Source: a virus
Taxonomy: Duplodnaviria; Heunggongvirae; Uroviricota; Caudoviricetes
Virus record (IMG/VR): IMGVR_UViG_2711768017_000019
DNA length: 33,726 nucleotides
Strand: one strand, 5' to 3'
Part shown: positions 10,321 to 20,512 of the stretch, piece by piece
Layout: every line of letters begins with the position of its first letter
How positions within the stretch are numbered: the first letter of the stretch is position 1
Made by a program: the position numbers and the translations under genes
Notes under the pieces: generated by a model
What the model was told of the DNA's origin: nothing
Database searches by the model: none
What the model saw: only the letters and a program-made list of their open reading frames with translations

Positions 10321-13300
10321 TTAACATTCCCCCATCACGTCGCATATTTAACAGATTGCCCTGCACCCGCTGATCAACCATCCCCATAAGTGCTTTTATT
10401 GCCTGAGGGCCAATCTCTCCATTCTGGCCGTCATTTTGAATAGTGATTTGGTATACAGGGGCATAGGTAATATCTCCGCCTCCATTACCACTTTTACTAT
10501 TAATAGCTCTGACACCAAGAGAACCATCGGAAGTTCGTGTTAATGGCATAATGGCTTCCGGTCCAGCCTCACCAAAAACACCAGCCCCTTTTGCAAAAGC
10601 AAAAAATTGCGGGGAATCATAAATACCGTTCGAATACGTGCTCAATGACGGAGACTCATAAACACCGCCCTTTGCATTCGGAATAAATTTACTAATAGCA
10701 CTCCCGATAGTTCCTAAAATCCCCCCAGAAGAACTGTTACTAATGCTGTCGAAAATCCCAGTAATTGAAGCCTTTAATGCTATTCGACTAAGATCCGAAA
10801 TCACGGAAGTAGCGAAAGAACGAAAATTTGCCTTGCCTGTCGTGACAAAATCACCCAGCGCATCGGTCATCCCATCAAACATCTGAGTCGTGGTTGATTT
10901 TATCTGCTCACTGATATCCTTAGTGTCATCCAGCCAGTTATTGAATCCCTGGGAGGCACCACTAACCCAGTCTCCTGCCTGAATATCGAGCTGCTCGTTT
11001 TTCTGTCTGACAATTTCTTTTTCCCGTTCCAGAGCATCATTCAGAGCCTGCATTTTCTCTTGAAAAACATGATCTGACATTCCACGGGATTTATCTGCAT
11101 AGTCACGTTCAAGTTGCAGACGCTGATTGTTATATCCATGTTCAATCCGCAGTAATTCCTGCTGGCGTTGCTGATTTTTATCGCCAACCCCATAACCAGC
11201 AATCTGAATATCATACCCCTGCTGACGATTATCAATCGAAGCCTGCAATGAATCACGCCATGCTGTTATTTCGGCGGATTCCTTGATTAGCCTGTTATTT
11301 TTTTCAATCGCAACATTTTTCTCCATCAACGTGGTTATTTCTTCCCGGTGTAAGAGAAGCGATTTCTGATCCTGGGTTAATTTCGATGATGGTCGTGACT
11401 CTAGGTCGGCAATCCGCTGACGCCACTTAACCAGTTCCTGTTCAGAGGAACTTAATTTAACGGTCAACTCAGCTTGTGAACTTAGTAACGCATTCTGTTG
11501 ATTCAGATGATCAATCATTCGTTGGGCTGCATCATCAGAATAACCTTTCGCCTTTGGTTGCTTTGGATCTTTATAACGCTCATTTATTTGAGCGATAAGA
11601 TTATTATATTCTTCCTTTGAATACTGATTCTTTAGCTTTTCCAGTTTTGCAAGTTCACTAGCTCTCTGCTGCTCCCGGGTCTGATATTGTTTTGAAAAGG
11701 CATCTGCTCTCTGTCTGAGTTCAATTCCTTCCTGTTGTCGCTTGTTGTAATCGTTTATTGATGAATTTAGTACGTCCTGAGCAATTTTTTCTGCTTGAAG
11801 TACGCCCAATTGCTGCTTTAATCGTGCCAGCCTTTTATTTTGAGCTCCGCCATCTCCAATGCCACCTAACCCGAAAACTCCGGGTCGGGTATTTTTTTCT
11901 ATTTCATCAATTTGACGGAGAACATCTGAGATTTTTTGATCAAGGGAGGCCTCACGGCCAATATCCAGCATGGAATCCCATGCCCATTTTGCGGAGTCTG
12001 CGACAGCTTTCCATGCAGTCTCAAGATAACCAAGATTTTCTTTAATCTGGTTGGTGCGCTGGATCATTGAGGATGAGTATTCTTCTGTCGCAATGCGGGC
12101 GGCCTCCTGCTGGTTCCCTTCATCCTGTAGCGCCTTAATCTGGTTATAAGTCGCAAGTGTCAGAAAATGGTACTGATCATTAAGTTTTGATATGGCACTG
12201 ACAGGATCCTTTGCAATTTCATTGAAGTCATTAACCAGTTGTTCGGTTGATATTCCTGTTACTTCGCTCGTTTTTACTATCGCTGTCGTCACTTGCTCCA
12301 GCGAACTGCTCGCTACCTTTCCCGAACGCACAAGCTGATTTAATACTGCCGCCGCAGCACCAGTTGTCGAATCAGCCGCATTCCCGGCACGTTGAGCTAT
12401 ATCGCCCAATTGCCCGCTGGTTGTCCCCAACTGATTTCCGGTAAGAATAAGAGATTTATTAAATTCGTCCTGCTCCTGAGAGCCTTTATAGTAAGCCAGT
12501 CCTAAGACCCCAACGGCTGCTGCGGCCAGGGTAAAAGGATTAATTAATCCCAGCACATAAGAACCTACACCTTTGATCGCCGGGCCAATCCCACCGAACA
12601 TATCTTTTAGCTGGCCGCCCTGCTGCATTAACACCATAAATGGCGACTGACCAGTGGACAACCCAACAACAATATCCGTCATTTGTACAGGCAACATGCG
12701 CATAGCAAAAGCCGTTTGTTTTGCCGACATTCCGGTTTTGCTTAATTGTGATTGAGTAACCTCAAGCTCACTCCGCATAGCACGAAGTTTTCCAGAAAGC
12801 TCCTCATACATTTCAGGAGAAAGCATCCCCTTAGCTTTTGCTTCATTGAGCTGTTTCTGTTGTTCTACCAGACGATTAAAAGCAGTTCCGACAGGATCAA
12901 GTTGAGCAATCAGACGTTGCAAAGCAACAACCTGTTCATCATGCGCTTTTGCTGCTTCTCGCTCTGCCTGAGCCTCTCCGGTAAGCTCTCGCCGTGTTTC
13001 CTGTATTTTTCGGCTATAATTCTCAAACTGAGAACCATTTATTTTCCCGGATGCAAACGCAGCATTAAGTTCATCATGCTGTTGTTCAAGATTTCTTAGC
13101 GCCGCAGCCAGAGGGTCGATCTTGTCCAGCATTCTTTGAAAGGCCTGAGCCTGCGCTTCCTGCTGGGCGGCAGCAAGTTTTCCGGCCTTCTCGGCTTCTC
13201 TCTGCGCTTGCGCAACCCCGCTCAATTCCTCTGTGGTTTCATTAAGTTTACGGACAAGAAATTCATATTCTTCTTTATCAATAAGCCCTTTATCGAAAAA

Positions 13301-13546
13301 TTTCTTTAATTCAGAATAGCGTCGACCGACAGTATCAATTGCGGCACCAACTGGATCAATAGCTGCTTTTAATTTTGCGAGCGCGTTCTTCTCATCTTCT
13401 GTTGCCTTAGTCACTTTCCCTGCGCTATTTGCAGCAGTTTCCCCAGCCTGCGTCATTTTGACTAATGAGGAGGTCAGATTGTCAGCATTATTTTTCGCTC
13501 CAGTGCTATCAATAATTATTGCGAGACGCGAGGTTTGCTCTGCCAT
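10313..13546 (-). CDS. H: Tail tape measure protein
   Basis: 1077-aa ORF in the canonical position after the chaperone pair; long coiled-coil-like Ala/Gln/Glu/Lys-rich stretches and hydrophobic segments; ATG start with AGGAG RBS. Confidence 0.85.
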   Translation of the reverse strand: MAEQTSRLAIIIDSTGAKNNADNLTSSLVKMTQAGETAANSAGKVTKATEDEKNALAKLKAAIDPVGAAIDTVGRRYSELKKFFDKGLIDKEEYEFLVRKLNETTEELSGVAQAQREAEKAGKLAAAQQEAQAQAFQRMLDKIDPLAAALRNLEQQHDELNAAFASGKINGSQFENYSRKIQETRRELTGEAQAEREAAKAHDEQVVALQRLIAQLDPVGTAFNRLVEQQKQLNEAKAKGMLSPEMYEELSGKLRAMRSELEVTQSQLSKTGMSAKQTAFAMRMLPVQMTDIVVGLSTGQSPFMVLMQQGGQLKDMFGGIGPAIKGVGSYVLGLINPFTLAAAAVGVLGLAYYKGSQEQDEFNKSLILTGNQLGTTSGQLGDIAQRAGNAADSTTGAAAAVLNQLVRSGKVASSSLEQVTTAIVKTSEVTGISTEQLVNDFNEIAKDPVSAISKLNDQYHFLTLATYNQIKALQDEGNQQEAARIATEEYSSSMIQRTNQIKENLGYLETAWKAVADSAKWAWDSMLDIGREASLDQKISDVLRQIDEIEKNTRPGVFGLGGIGDGGAQNKRLARLKQQLGVLQAEKIAQDVLNSSINDYNKRQQEGIELRQRADAFSKQYQTREQQRASELAKLEKLKNQYSKEEYNNLIAQINERYKDPKQPKAKGYSDDAAQRMIDHLNQQNALLSSQAELTVKLSSSEQELVKWRQRIADLESRPSSKLTQDQKSLLLHREEITTLMEKNVAIEKNNRLIKESAEITAWRDSLQASIDNRQQGYDIQIAGYGVGDKNQQRQQELLRIEHGYNNQRLQLERDYADKSRGMSDHVFQEKMQALNDALEREKEIVRQKNEQLDIQAGDWVSGASQGFNNWLDDTKDISEQIKSTTTQMFDGMTDALGDFVTTGKANFRSFATSVISDLSRIALKASITGIFDSISNSSSGGILGTIGSAISKFIPNAKGGVYESPSLSTYSNGIYDSPQFFAFAKGAGVFGEAGPEAIMPLTRTSDGSLGVRAINSKSGNGGGDITYAPVYQITIQNDGQNGEIGPQAIKALMGMVDQRVQGNLLNMRRDGGMLSG

Positions 13547-13560
13547 TTATTAAAACTCCT

Positions 13561-13592
13561 GACAACAAAAAACCCACCGCGAAGTGGGTTTC
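13561..13592 (-). terminator. Terminator-like hairpin immediately upstream of the tape measure RBS
   Basis: Stem aacccac / gtgggtt (6-nt loop) followed on the minus strand by UUUUGUUG, then AGGAG and the ATG at 13546. Confidence 0.4.
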
Positions 13593-13711
13593 AGGCGACA
13601 TAATAGTAGATATAGCGATTACGAGGCCACGCAATGCTTTTCTCCAGGAGCATCATCGATTTAATTAAAGACACCATCACATCTCTGTAACAGAGTGTAC
13701 GTAATTAACAA

Positions 13712-14032
13712 CTACACACACTGCTCCTGAAAATACTGGTCATCCAGTGCAAAGATCACTGCTTCAAATTCATCGCGCTCAATCAATACCGGATGAGTGG
13801 CTAAATATTCATTTATCTCTGTCAGAGATAAAGGCAAAGGCACCCCAGCCATTCCAGCATAACGTCGGGCACGGGATATTACCGAATAGGCGTACAACAA
13901 CTCCTTAAGCACCGGGTCTATTTCTGGTTCCGGTATCGGTGGCAACCTGAGTTTTTCTCGCTTCCATCTTGCCTTTTCCCCCCTTTCTCCCCCGAACTCC
14001 GATAACCACCGCTGGGCAGCTATGGCTTTTTT
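13712..14032 (-). CDS. -1 frameshift extension of the tail assembly chaperone (lambda GT analogue)
   Basis: Slippery heptamer A AAA AAG (plus 14026-14032) lies two codons before the chaperone stop; the -1 frame is open from there to 13712 and contains the 77-aa ORF from the track. Confidence 0.55.
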   Translation of the reverse strand, partial: KKAIAAQRWLSEFGGERGEKARWKREKLRLPPIPEPEIDPVLKELLYAYSVISRARRYAGMAGVPLPLSLTEINEYLATHPVLIERDEFEAVIFALDDQYFQEQCV

Positions 14033-14481
14033 ATCGTATCCTGCTTCTGCTGCTCTTTACCCTGGGCGATGCTGGCTGCTTCTGCAAGGATCTGCCAGTA
14101 CAACTCTGGATTCTGCTTAAGCAGCGCGATCCCTCGTTCTGCCGTATATTCCAGTGCAACCTCAACACCATTAACCAGTTCACCAACCCCTTTCCAGTCT
14201 TTCAGCAGATAACGAGCGGCATTATCAATGAGTAAATCATCAACAGAATCCACCTCGGAAACCTTTGAAATATCAAACTCCTTCGTTCCGACGTGCAAAC
14301 TGGCATCCATTTTCTCAATGTGGCGACGGATTAATGCATTACGGGAGCGATACTGATCGTTATCGCTGCTTGCCACCAACAGTTTTAACCCGTCTACAGG
14401 TTTTAAGTCCTTCATTGGCGTAAACCAGCGTTCTCCACCAATGATAATTTTCTGATTAAGAATAAACATCCATAACCTCAT
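14020..14481 (-). CDS. Tail assembly chaperone (lambda G analogue)
   Basis: 153-aa acidic ORF between major tail protein and tape measure, ending ...DTIKKP with the slippery site at its 3' end. Confidence 0.65.
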   Translation of the reverse strand: MRLWMFILNQKIIIGGERWFTPMKDLKPVDGLKLLVASSDNDQYRSRNALIRRHIEKMDASLHVGTKEFDISKVSEVDSVDDLLIDNAARYLLKDWKGVGELVNGVEVALEYTAERGIALLKQNPELYWQILAEAASIAQGKEQQKQDTIKKP

Positions 14482-14529
14482 TCAATGCGTCCCCCTGTAG
14501 GGCAGTACCACAGGAGGAATAACGGAAAA

Positions 14530-15492
14530 TCAACTAATCGCCTCAGCACTGGCTTTTGCGATCACGGCAGCCGGGGAATTTTTTTTTCTGGTTATCGTAG
14601 GTGCTTCATCTGCTGCGGTAATGCTCAATTGAACCTGGATAATGTCGCTATTACCCCCATCAGGCCATTCACCTGACACCTGAACCTTCGGGAAACTGAA
14701 AGTGTATGCCCCCTCTCCATTCGAAAGCGTGAAGCTGAACGGAACTGTTTCTCCAGTCAGTGTTTTACTCCAGATTTCCCACGCGGCTTTAGACCATGAA
14801 AGCGTCACCGTACCGGACGGTGTAAAAGTAGTCGGAATATTTGCTCCTGCATAAGGCGAGCCAGTCCCGATACAACGCTGTGTCTGGAGTTTGTTATCGA
14901 ACTGAATATCAAAACTGTCGATACAAAAACCGTTACCTCCGGCAACACCATTCAGGCTTACTGCTGAAACCTCCTTAAACGAATAACGTAGCTTTCCTGC
15001 ACTATCCACAGGTTCGCCTTTGATAAAATTCGTATCATCGGCCTTTGATTCCCAGTCCAGTCCGGCAAAGGTTACGGTCGCTGTAATATCGCCGTCGTTA
15101 GGGATCTGCATTTTCCATGAGCCAACCTGCGCTCCTCTGACGACAGAGGCAATTCCGACATCGGACGCATAGGTCGCCAGAGAAAATGTTATTCGCTCAT
15201 TCCCCATTGTCAGAGAATCGCCTGACCATTCCGCGCCGAAACAGGATGCAAGAAAATCATCATGTTGACCCCAGCGAAATTTGGTACCAACATCACCGCC
15301 GACATCCACAGTGCCAGGCGTCGCCCCCTGAGCCATCCGGGAGCCACCAATCTCATTATTTTCGCCTTTATTCTGGGTGGGTTTTACTCCCCAGCTTGTG
15401 CGTTTTAATAAACTCCAGTCACCACTTGCTGGCGTAGTGCCTGCAACCGTCTCCCGGATAAATGCCGAGATAACCTTTGCACCTGAACTCAC
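14530..15492 (-). CDS. Major tail protein (putative)
   Basis: 320-aa ORF directly upstream of the chaperone pair; GTG start with strong AGGAGG RBS; assigned by position and size. Confidence 0.5.
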   Translation of the reverse strand: MSSGAKVISAFIRETVAGTTPASGDWSLLKRTSWGVKPTQNKGENNEIGGSRMAQGATPGTVDVGGDVGTKFRWGQHDDFLASCFGAEWSGDSLTMGNERITFSLATYASDVGIASVVRGAQVGSWKMQIPNDGDITATVTFAGLDWESKADDTNFIKGEPVDSAGKLRYSFKEVSAVSLNGVAGGNGFCIDSFDIQFDNKLQTQRCIGTGSPYAGANIPTTFTPSGTVTLSWSKAAWEIWSKTLTGETVPFSFTLSNGEGAYTFSFPKVQVSGEWPDGGNSDIIQVQLSITAADEAPTITRKKNSPAAVIAKASAEAIS

Positions 15493-15518
15493 AGGAGCCT
15501 CCTATGTCATTAATTGCG

Positions 15519-15911
15519 CTAGAGCGCGCGATATGGAATTTGAAGATTAAGCTGGAACCAGCCATTCTTTTCGCCAACGGCTATTGAGGAAACAGCCTGG
15601 TAACTGAGACGATCGTCATCCTGAAACTCAAACAGTTCCCGCAATTTATCGGCTGTCTCAGTAATGAGTTTTGAACCAGAACCTGCGGGGACAAATAACT
15701 GAATAATGATTATCCCCGTGCGATAAACAACCGGCCCCGCGCCAATTTCATTAACTCCAGCCTGCCCGGGAATATTACTTAACCGCGCCCAGATTAACTT
15801 ACCGGAAGGATCGAACGTTGGCCCGTTCGGATACAATACGTCTTTTCCATCAATAATCGTCTGTGCCGTCATTCTGGAAATAACCGTATTTCTGATTTCA
15901 GTAAACTTCAT
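15519..15911 (-). CDS. Tail terminator / tail completion protein (putative)
   Basis: 130-aa ORF between head-tail joining genes and major tail gene; start overlaps the previous gene; positional assignment only. Confidence 0.35.
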   Translation of the reverse strand: MKFTEIRNTVISRMTAQTIIDGKDVLYPNGPTFDPSGKLIWARLSNIPGQAGVNEIGAGPVVYRTGIIIIQLFVPAGSGSKLITETADKLRELFEFQDDDRLSYQAVSSIAVGEKNGWFQLNLQIPYRAL

Positions 15912-16288
15912 TTGTAAGCCTGTAAAACACCATGAAAAGCGTTGGCATACACGCCAGTTGGCGCTTGTTGTGAATGACCGTTTTCAAGAGCCTCTGCATA
16001 AGGAAGGTTATTCTGGATATAAATAACCCCGTAATTTGCAGCTTTCGAAATAACCCCGATCCCACGCTGAACAGCAATCGTACCGTTCGGATCCACGTTA
16101 TCAGATATACCAAAATCGGGATGCTGTAACGACACCAGGTTGTTATTTCTGAAACGTCCGGTATCAACCGGAGCAGCAATATCAATAGCAGTAAGAATCT
16201 GCATAGCGATGTAGCGAATCTTCAGCCCTACATCTTCCTCAATCATCCCGGCAAATATTGACGGTTCTATATCCCATGCCTTTGCCAT
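15908..16288 (-). CDS. HK97 gp10-like head-tail joining protein
   Basis: 126-aa ORF containing a PVDTGRFRNN motif, as in HK97 gp10-family proteins; preferred over the overlapping 95-aa alternate-frame ORF 15898-16185. Confidence 0.5.
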   Translation of the reverse strand: MAKAWDIEPSIFAGMIEEDVGLKIRYIAMQILTAIDIAAPVDTGRFRNNNLVSLQHPDFGISDNVDPNGTIAVQRGIGVISKAANYGVIYIQNNLPYAEALENGHSQQAPTGVYANAFHGVLQAYK

Positions 16289-16672
16289 TTACGCTCTCCT
16301 TAACTGGATAGAGTAAACTGATGCGGAAGGATCTACACTTGCTGTAATTACCTCGTATCGTTGTAACTGCCTTGATACAGGATCATAAATCTCAATAATA
16401 TGGTCGACAGCTGGTTTATCCGTAACCTCGCATACCAGAGCGGTTAATTTAAGGTCACCATGCAAAATATTAATCCCATCAATTCTGCCCAGCTTATAAC
16501 GTGTCAACACGCCTCGCCCGGTATAGATTGCGGTTGATTCGCCGCCAGTTTCCGTCACAGGATCCCAGTGCCGGTGCGTAACGTAAGAACCAGAAAAATC
16601 ACTCACGGCGTCCGCTAAATCCTCATCAAAAGCAGCGGCAACCTCTGACTGAATCTCTTCACGAAGCCCCAT
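16289..16672 (-). CDS. Head-tail adaptor / head closure protein (putative)
   Basis: 127-aa ORF tightly packed in the head-tail joining cluster; positional assignment. Confidence 0.35.
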   Translation of the reverse strand: MGLREEIQSEVAAAFDEDLADAVSDFSGSYVTHRHWDPVTETGGESTAIYTGRGVLTRYKLGRIDGINILHGDLKLTALVCEVTDKPAVDHIIEIYDPVSRQLQRYEVITASVDPSASVYSIQLRRA

Positions 16673-17067
16673 TATCCCCCCCTCACAACCCTGACTTGTG
16701 AGCGACTAAGTCCGTACGGTTTCAGCAGTGCTATCGCAAGCTGTAAATCGGGTTCAAGCAATGCAGTGCTGTTTGCTGGCAACTCAGAAAATGATTTCGA
16801 TACACTGACCCCGTCAGCCGACACGGCTTTACTGATAACAACGCCAGAATCATTTTTCTGCTGAAACAACTTACCGAATGAGGCAATTCTGGCTGCATAT
16901 GCTCCCGCAAGTTTTACCTCTTCCGGAATACGGGATGGGTTAATTTTCAGGTTGAAGCCATTAAGCCAGGCATTAGCCATTAAAACAGCTTTATTTTTAG
17001 CGTTCTCACTCGTCCAGGCGTTCCCAAACGCATTATCAACGTCATCACAGGTCACGTAAGTGATCAT
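16672..17067 (-). CDS. Head-tail connector protein (putative)
   Basis: 131-aa ORF (ATGA overlap with next gene) following the capsid gene; positional assignment. Confidence 0.35.
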   Translation of the reverse strand: MITYVTCDDVDNAFGNAWTSENAKNKAVLMANAWLNGFNLKINPSRIPEEVKLAGAYAARIASFGKLFQQKNDSGVVISKAVSADGVSVSKSFSELPANSTALLEPDLQLAIALLKPYGLSRSQVRVVRGG

Positions 17068-17070
17068 GTG

Positions 17071-17247
17071 TTACTCCTGAGTTTTCCAGCCCATAGCCTT
17101 CCAGTTGTCAACTTCATCAGGATGAACATTAGCGATAGTTGGTGCGCCGGGAAACATCTGATAATCGGTCACCATAACCACTAACTCAATTTGCGTTTTT
17201 TGTGCGGCTTCACGCTGTGCTCTTTGCTCTTTAGTTAATCCGGCCAT
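17071..17247 (-). CDS. Small 58-aa protein between capsid and connector genes (not in the ORF track)
   Basis: Translated by hand: MAGLTKEQRAQREAAQKTQIELVVMVTDYQMFPGAPTIANVHPDEVDNWKAMGWKTQE, ATG at 17247, TAA at 17071-17073, fills the gap between annotated genes. Confidence 0.35.
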   Translation of the reverse strand: MAGLTKEQRAQREAAQKTQIELVVMVTDYQMFPGAPTIANVHPDEVDNWKAMGWKTQE

Positions 17248-17255
17248 ATGCCCCC

Positions 17256-17280
17256 CATTAAAAATGGGGCCGAAGCCCCG
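17256..17280 (-). terminator. Hairpin terminator just downstream of the major capsid gene
   Basis: Stem ggggc / gcccc with UUCG loop on the minus strand, followed by AUUUUUAAU. Confidence 0.4.
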
Positions 17281-17289
17281 TTTGAATGT

Positions 17290-18522
17290 TTAACCAAGAA
17301 TCAGACAACCATGTGCCGGCTTCACTGATGAAACACCCCATGCCAGTCCAACTTCATAGCGCACCTGGCGATACTGACGATACAGTGCAATCTGGAACGT
17401 AATCCCTGAAATCGGGTCCGTAACATTCATTACATCATCAGCATTATCGCCACCTTCCGGCATTGCCGGAGTACGGGATGCCAGCAGAAACGCGTTGCGA
17501 TCAAACGCCATATTTGCAGTAAAGGCCCCAACAACTGTGATGGCAGTATCATCGGCCAGATCCTGACGCAGTCCGGGCGCTGCAAGAGTAATCAGATTGC
17601 TGGTCGCTGCTGCCACAACATACTGATTCGGATCACCAGCGAACGTAACAATCTGACCTGCAGAAATACTCCCCGAACCAGTATCAATGGAAATAAGAAC
17701 ATCGCCTTCTTTTTTCTCTCCATTCACGAGATAACCAGTTGCAGCAACCTTTGGCGCTCGTTTCACACCTGCCGAACTGTGAATATTGAATCCCTCCAGA
17801 CGCCCCAACACGCCCTCACGCAGTAGCTGTTCAGTGCCGGATTCATTCACTTTAAACAATACAGACTGTTTTCCGCGCAAATTAGCAATGGCAGTGGAGC
17901 CAAGCACCATCTGCAGATCGGTTGTCGGTGCGCCGTTATCCTCCAGAACCTGACGAGCCAGAGCAGCATCAGAAAGATCATCTTTAACACCAAACGGCGT
18001 TGTCCCTGCGGTTCCCACGGCGCGGGAAGCACCGAAATACAACGCACCAAGATCAGCCTCAACCTCGTTTGCAAGGGCGCGAAAAGCCTGCTTGAACTGA
18101 TCAGCCAGAATGGTGTTGTAAGTCCCTGAAGGGCCAAGAGCCAGTTGTTCTTCACCATTCCATTTAACCGGTGCCATTTTGGATTTAGTAATTTTTACAT
18201 CAACAGTGCCAATATTTTGATCACCGGTATTCGGAGCTGACGGCCCCGGTACGATATCTTCGGTTTTCGCCTCAGGCGCAACTGGCGCGGTTACCGTCTG
18301 ATCTTTTGCTGCGGCGTCAGCTTTTGCGTTTTTTGCTACCGCAGGGATAAAACCTACCTGCTCACGGGATACAACATCCAGGGCGGTATAAATAGTCGGG
18401 ATCAACCCGGTCAGGGTATTTCCAGCCATAATTAAATATTCCTTAAAAATTTGCGTAATTGTGAATAGATGGAGTAATGAGCTATCCAGCCCTGACACCA
18501 GCTCCCATCCGGAAGCTGACAA
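17290..18522 (-). CDS. Major capsid protein (probable true start ATG at 18429)
   Basis: About 380-aa protein after the scaffold gene; internal ATG at 18429 is preceded by an AAGGA RBS (MAGNTLTGLIPTIY...); size and position typical of a major head subunit. Confidence 0.7.
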   Translation of the reverse strand: MSASGWELVSGLDSSLLHLFTITQIFKEYLIMAGNTLTGLIPTIYTALDVVSREQVGFIPAVAKNAKADAAAKDQTVTAPVAPEAKTEDIVPGPSAPNTGDQNIGTVDVKITKSKMAPVKWNGEEQLALGPSGTYNTILADQFKQAFRALANEVEADLGALYFGASRAVGTAGTTPFGVKDDLSDAALARQVLEDNGAPTTDLQMVLGSTAIANLRGKQSVLFKVNESGTEQLLREGVLGRLEGFNIHSSAGVKRAPKVAATGYLVNGEKKEGDVLISIDTGSGSISAGQIVTFAGDPNQYVVAAATSNLITLAAPGLRQDLADDTAITVVGAFTANMAFDRNAFLLASRTPAMPEGGDNADDVMNVTDPISGITFQIALYRQYRQVRYEVGLAWGVSSVKPAHGCLILG

Positions 18523-18527
18523 ATGTG

Positions 18528-19364
18528 TTAATCAACGATTGTGATACCGTCTTTCAATGCGTTTTGCTTACCTGCAACATCCAGTGCATCAAAAGCAGAG
18601 CGTTTCATCGTTTTCTGACCAATATCATGCTGTGTCGGACGGGAGCCGCCGCCATTGTTGCCACTGGCTTTCAGGATGTAGTCTTTCTGAGGGTAATTTT
18701 CGACAAGGAACTCCAGCGCCTCATCAAACTGCGCCAGTTCGCCAGGCTTCGCGCGGGAATAAATTTTGTTGCCGGAAGCGTCATAAGCAACGATCCTCCC
18801 TTCTTCCACTTTGAATGCCTGCCCGAAGCGGGCTTGTAATAAATCTGCCGGGATCGCAATTTTATCGGCAATATATTTTGAACCCGCAAAACTACCGCCA
18901 ATCATAGAATCGTAAAGCTGCTTCTCCAGCATCTGAGAGCGTTGCTTTTCTTCATCTAATTGCTGCTGAAAATTTTTCGTAATTTCTGCCTTAACCTGGT
19001 CAACCTGTCCCGCATCGAGCAGCTTTTTCTGGTCGATTTTTGACAGCATTTCCAGTGCCTCGATCGCCTTCTTCGGGTCTTCGATAGCGGCAAACTTAGC
19101 CAGTTTTTCCTCTGCAGCTTCTTTAGCCAGGCGATGATTTTTTGCCTCGCCATTAAGCTCTGTAATTTTTTTTGTCGCCAGCGGTGCATCGAAGCCAATT
19201 TCTTTACCATCGTCGTGCACATAAACTGGCAGGCCAGCAGTATCAATTTCTGCGTATTGTTTTCCGTTAATCTCGACCGTTTTCAGTTTCATATTAGTAC
19301 CTGGTTTAAGTCTTCCGACAGTTACGCTGCTCACCATCCGGATCGCAGCAATAAAAAAGGCCAC
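18528..19364 (-). CDS. Scaffolding protein (putative; probable true start ATG at 19292)
   Basis: Acidic, coiled-coil-rich (EAAEEKLAKFAAIEDPKKAIEALEMLSKIDQKKLLDAGQVDQVKAEITKNFQQQLDEEKQRSQMLEKQ) ORF between morphogenesis and capsid genes; the track start is a GTG inside the upstream terminator hairpin. Confidence 0.5.
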   Translation of the reverse strand: MAFFIAAIRMVSSVTVGRLKPGTNMKLKTVEINGKQYAEIDTAGLPVYVHDDGKEIGFDAPLATKKITELNGEAKNHRLAKEAAEEKLAKFAAIEDPKKAIEALEMLSKIDQKKLLDAGQVDQVKAEITKNFQQQLDEEKQRSQMLEKQLYDSMIGGSFAGSKYIADKIAIPADLLQARFGQAFKVEEGRIVAYDASGNKIYSRAKPGELAQFDEALEFLVENYPQKDYILKASGNNGGGSRPTQHDIGQKTMKRSAFDALDVAGKQNALKDGITIVD

Positions 19365-19378
19365 CCGAAGGTAGCCTG
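19350..19378 (-). terminator. Hairpin terminator between head morphogenesis and scaffold genes
   Basis: Stem aggcuacc / gguggccu (one G-U pair), UUCG loop, followed on the minus strand by UUUUUUAU. Confidence 0.4.
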
Positions 19379-19396
19379 TTGTAATAAATGATTTAT

Positions 19397-20512
19397 TTAA
19401 ATCCCTGCTTTTCTGAATACCTGTGCATCACGCTCACGGAGCTGCTTCAGCGTCAGCCATTCGCCTTTATCGGTGTAAAATTCATCTGGCGACATACCAC
19501 CATCCCGAATCAGCTTTGCTCGGCTTTCCCCCACAATCTGTTTTTGTCTGGTGTAAGGCTGACGCAAAAACCATTCCCTGTAGGTTGTATCTCCGGCCAC
19601 CACGCCATCCATGCTGGCCCGCTCAGCCGGGGAAATATCGCGAACATCAATACCCAGTTCCTTCGCTGATTTCAGAATGAACGTTTCCGTTGAGCGGCAG
19701 CAGAAATGAATTTTTCCCGGCCCCTGCAAATAAGGCACGCTGTGACCTACAGGTTTATTATTCAGCGTATATTTGAGGCGATCCCTGATTCGACATTGTG
19801 GCGTAGTACGATTATCAAGCGTTGATAACCATTGCTTACCCTTAATCAAATCATTATTCGCGCTGGCAAAACTCTCACGGGCAGTAGCAGCAAGATGTCC
19901 AACCGCTGTTTTTGCAATGCTGGCCGCATTAGCCCGGCTCATCTGCAATGCACCATCCTGAAATCCCTTACTGACATGTCCCCGAATTTTTCTTGCGATC
20001 TGCTCATTGGTATCCCCCAGCAAAAAACCCTGACGCACTGTATTTGTTATGCGTCTGAGCCGATCCGCCTCAAGATCTGAGGCCCACTCACTGAGCAGTC
20101 GTCCCTGGAATGGTCGCGCCATTGCAGCGGCATAAAGTGCATCAGGAGAGATACCAACCAGAGGGTGAACATCAGCAACAAAATCAGGTAGCATAGAATC
20201 AAACAGACTTAACTGATAACCAGCCTCATAAATTGCCAGCTCGTTCAGCTCTCCGGAGAGACTGGTAAACATGCTGTTAATAGCAGTGCGGTTAACCTCT
20301 CTGACGCTCGCCAGAAGTGACTCCAGGCGCTTAACGGTAAAACTACCTGGATCGAGGCTGTCCAGTGCTATCAGCAGGCGAGCAGTAAGTTCCGCATCGC
20401 TGTCATTCAGTATTTTCACCATTCTGGCAGCCACGCCAGTGCTATAGCGGGATATCCAGACTGCATGAGCAATTGATTCATCACGCAGCCGTTCATTCAC
20501 GGTTTGCATCAT
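19397..20512 (-). CDS. Head morphogenesis protein (Mu F-like / SPP1 gp7-like minor head protein)
   Basis: 371-aa ORF directly after portal with 20-bp overlap; position and size fit the F-like morphogenesis family. Confidence 0.6.
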   Translation of the reverse strand: MMQTVNERLRDESIAHAVWISRYSTGVAARMVKILNDSDAELTARLLIALDSLDPGSFTVKRLESLLASVREVNRTAINSMFTSLSGELNELAIYEAGYQLSLFDSMLPDFVADVHPLVGISPDALYAAAMARPFQGRLLSEWASDLEADRLRRITNTVRQGFLLGDTNEQIARKIRGHVSKGFQDGALQMSRANAASIAKTAVGHLAATARESFASANNDLIKGKQWLSTLDNRTTPQCRIRDRLKYTLNNKPVGHSVPYLQGPGKIHFCCRSTETFILKSAKELGIDVRDISPAERASMDGVVAGDTTYREWFLRQPYTRQKQIVGESRAKLIRDGGMSPDEFYTDKGEWLTLKQLRERDAQVFRKAGI

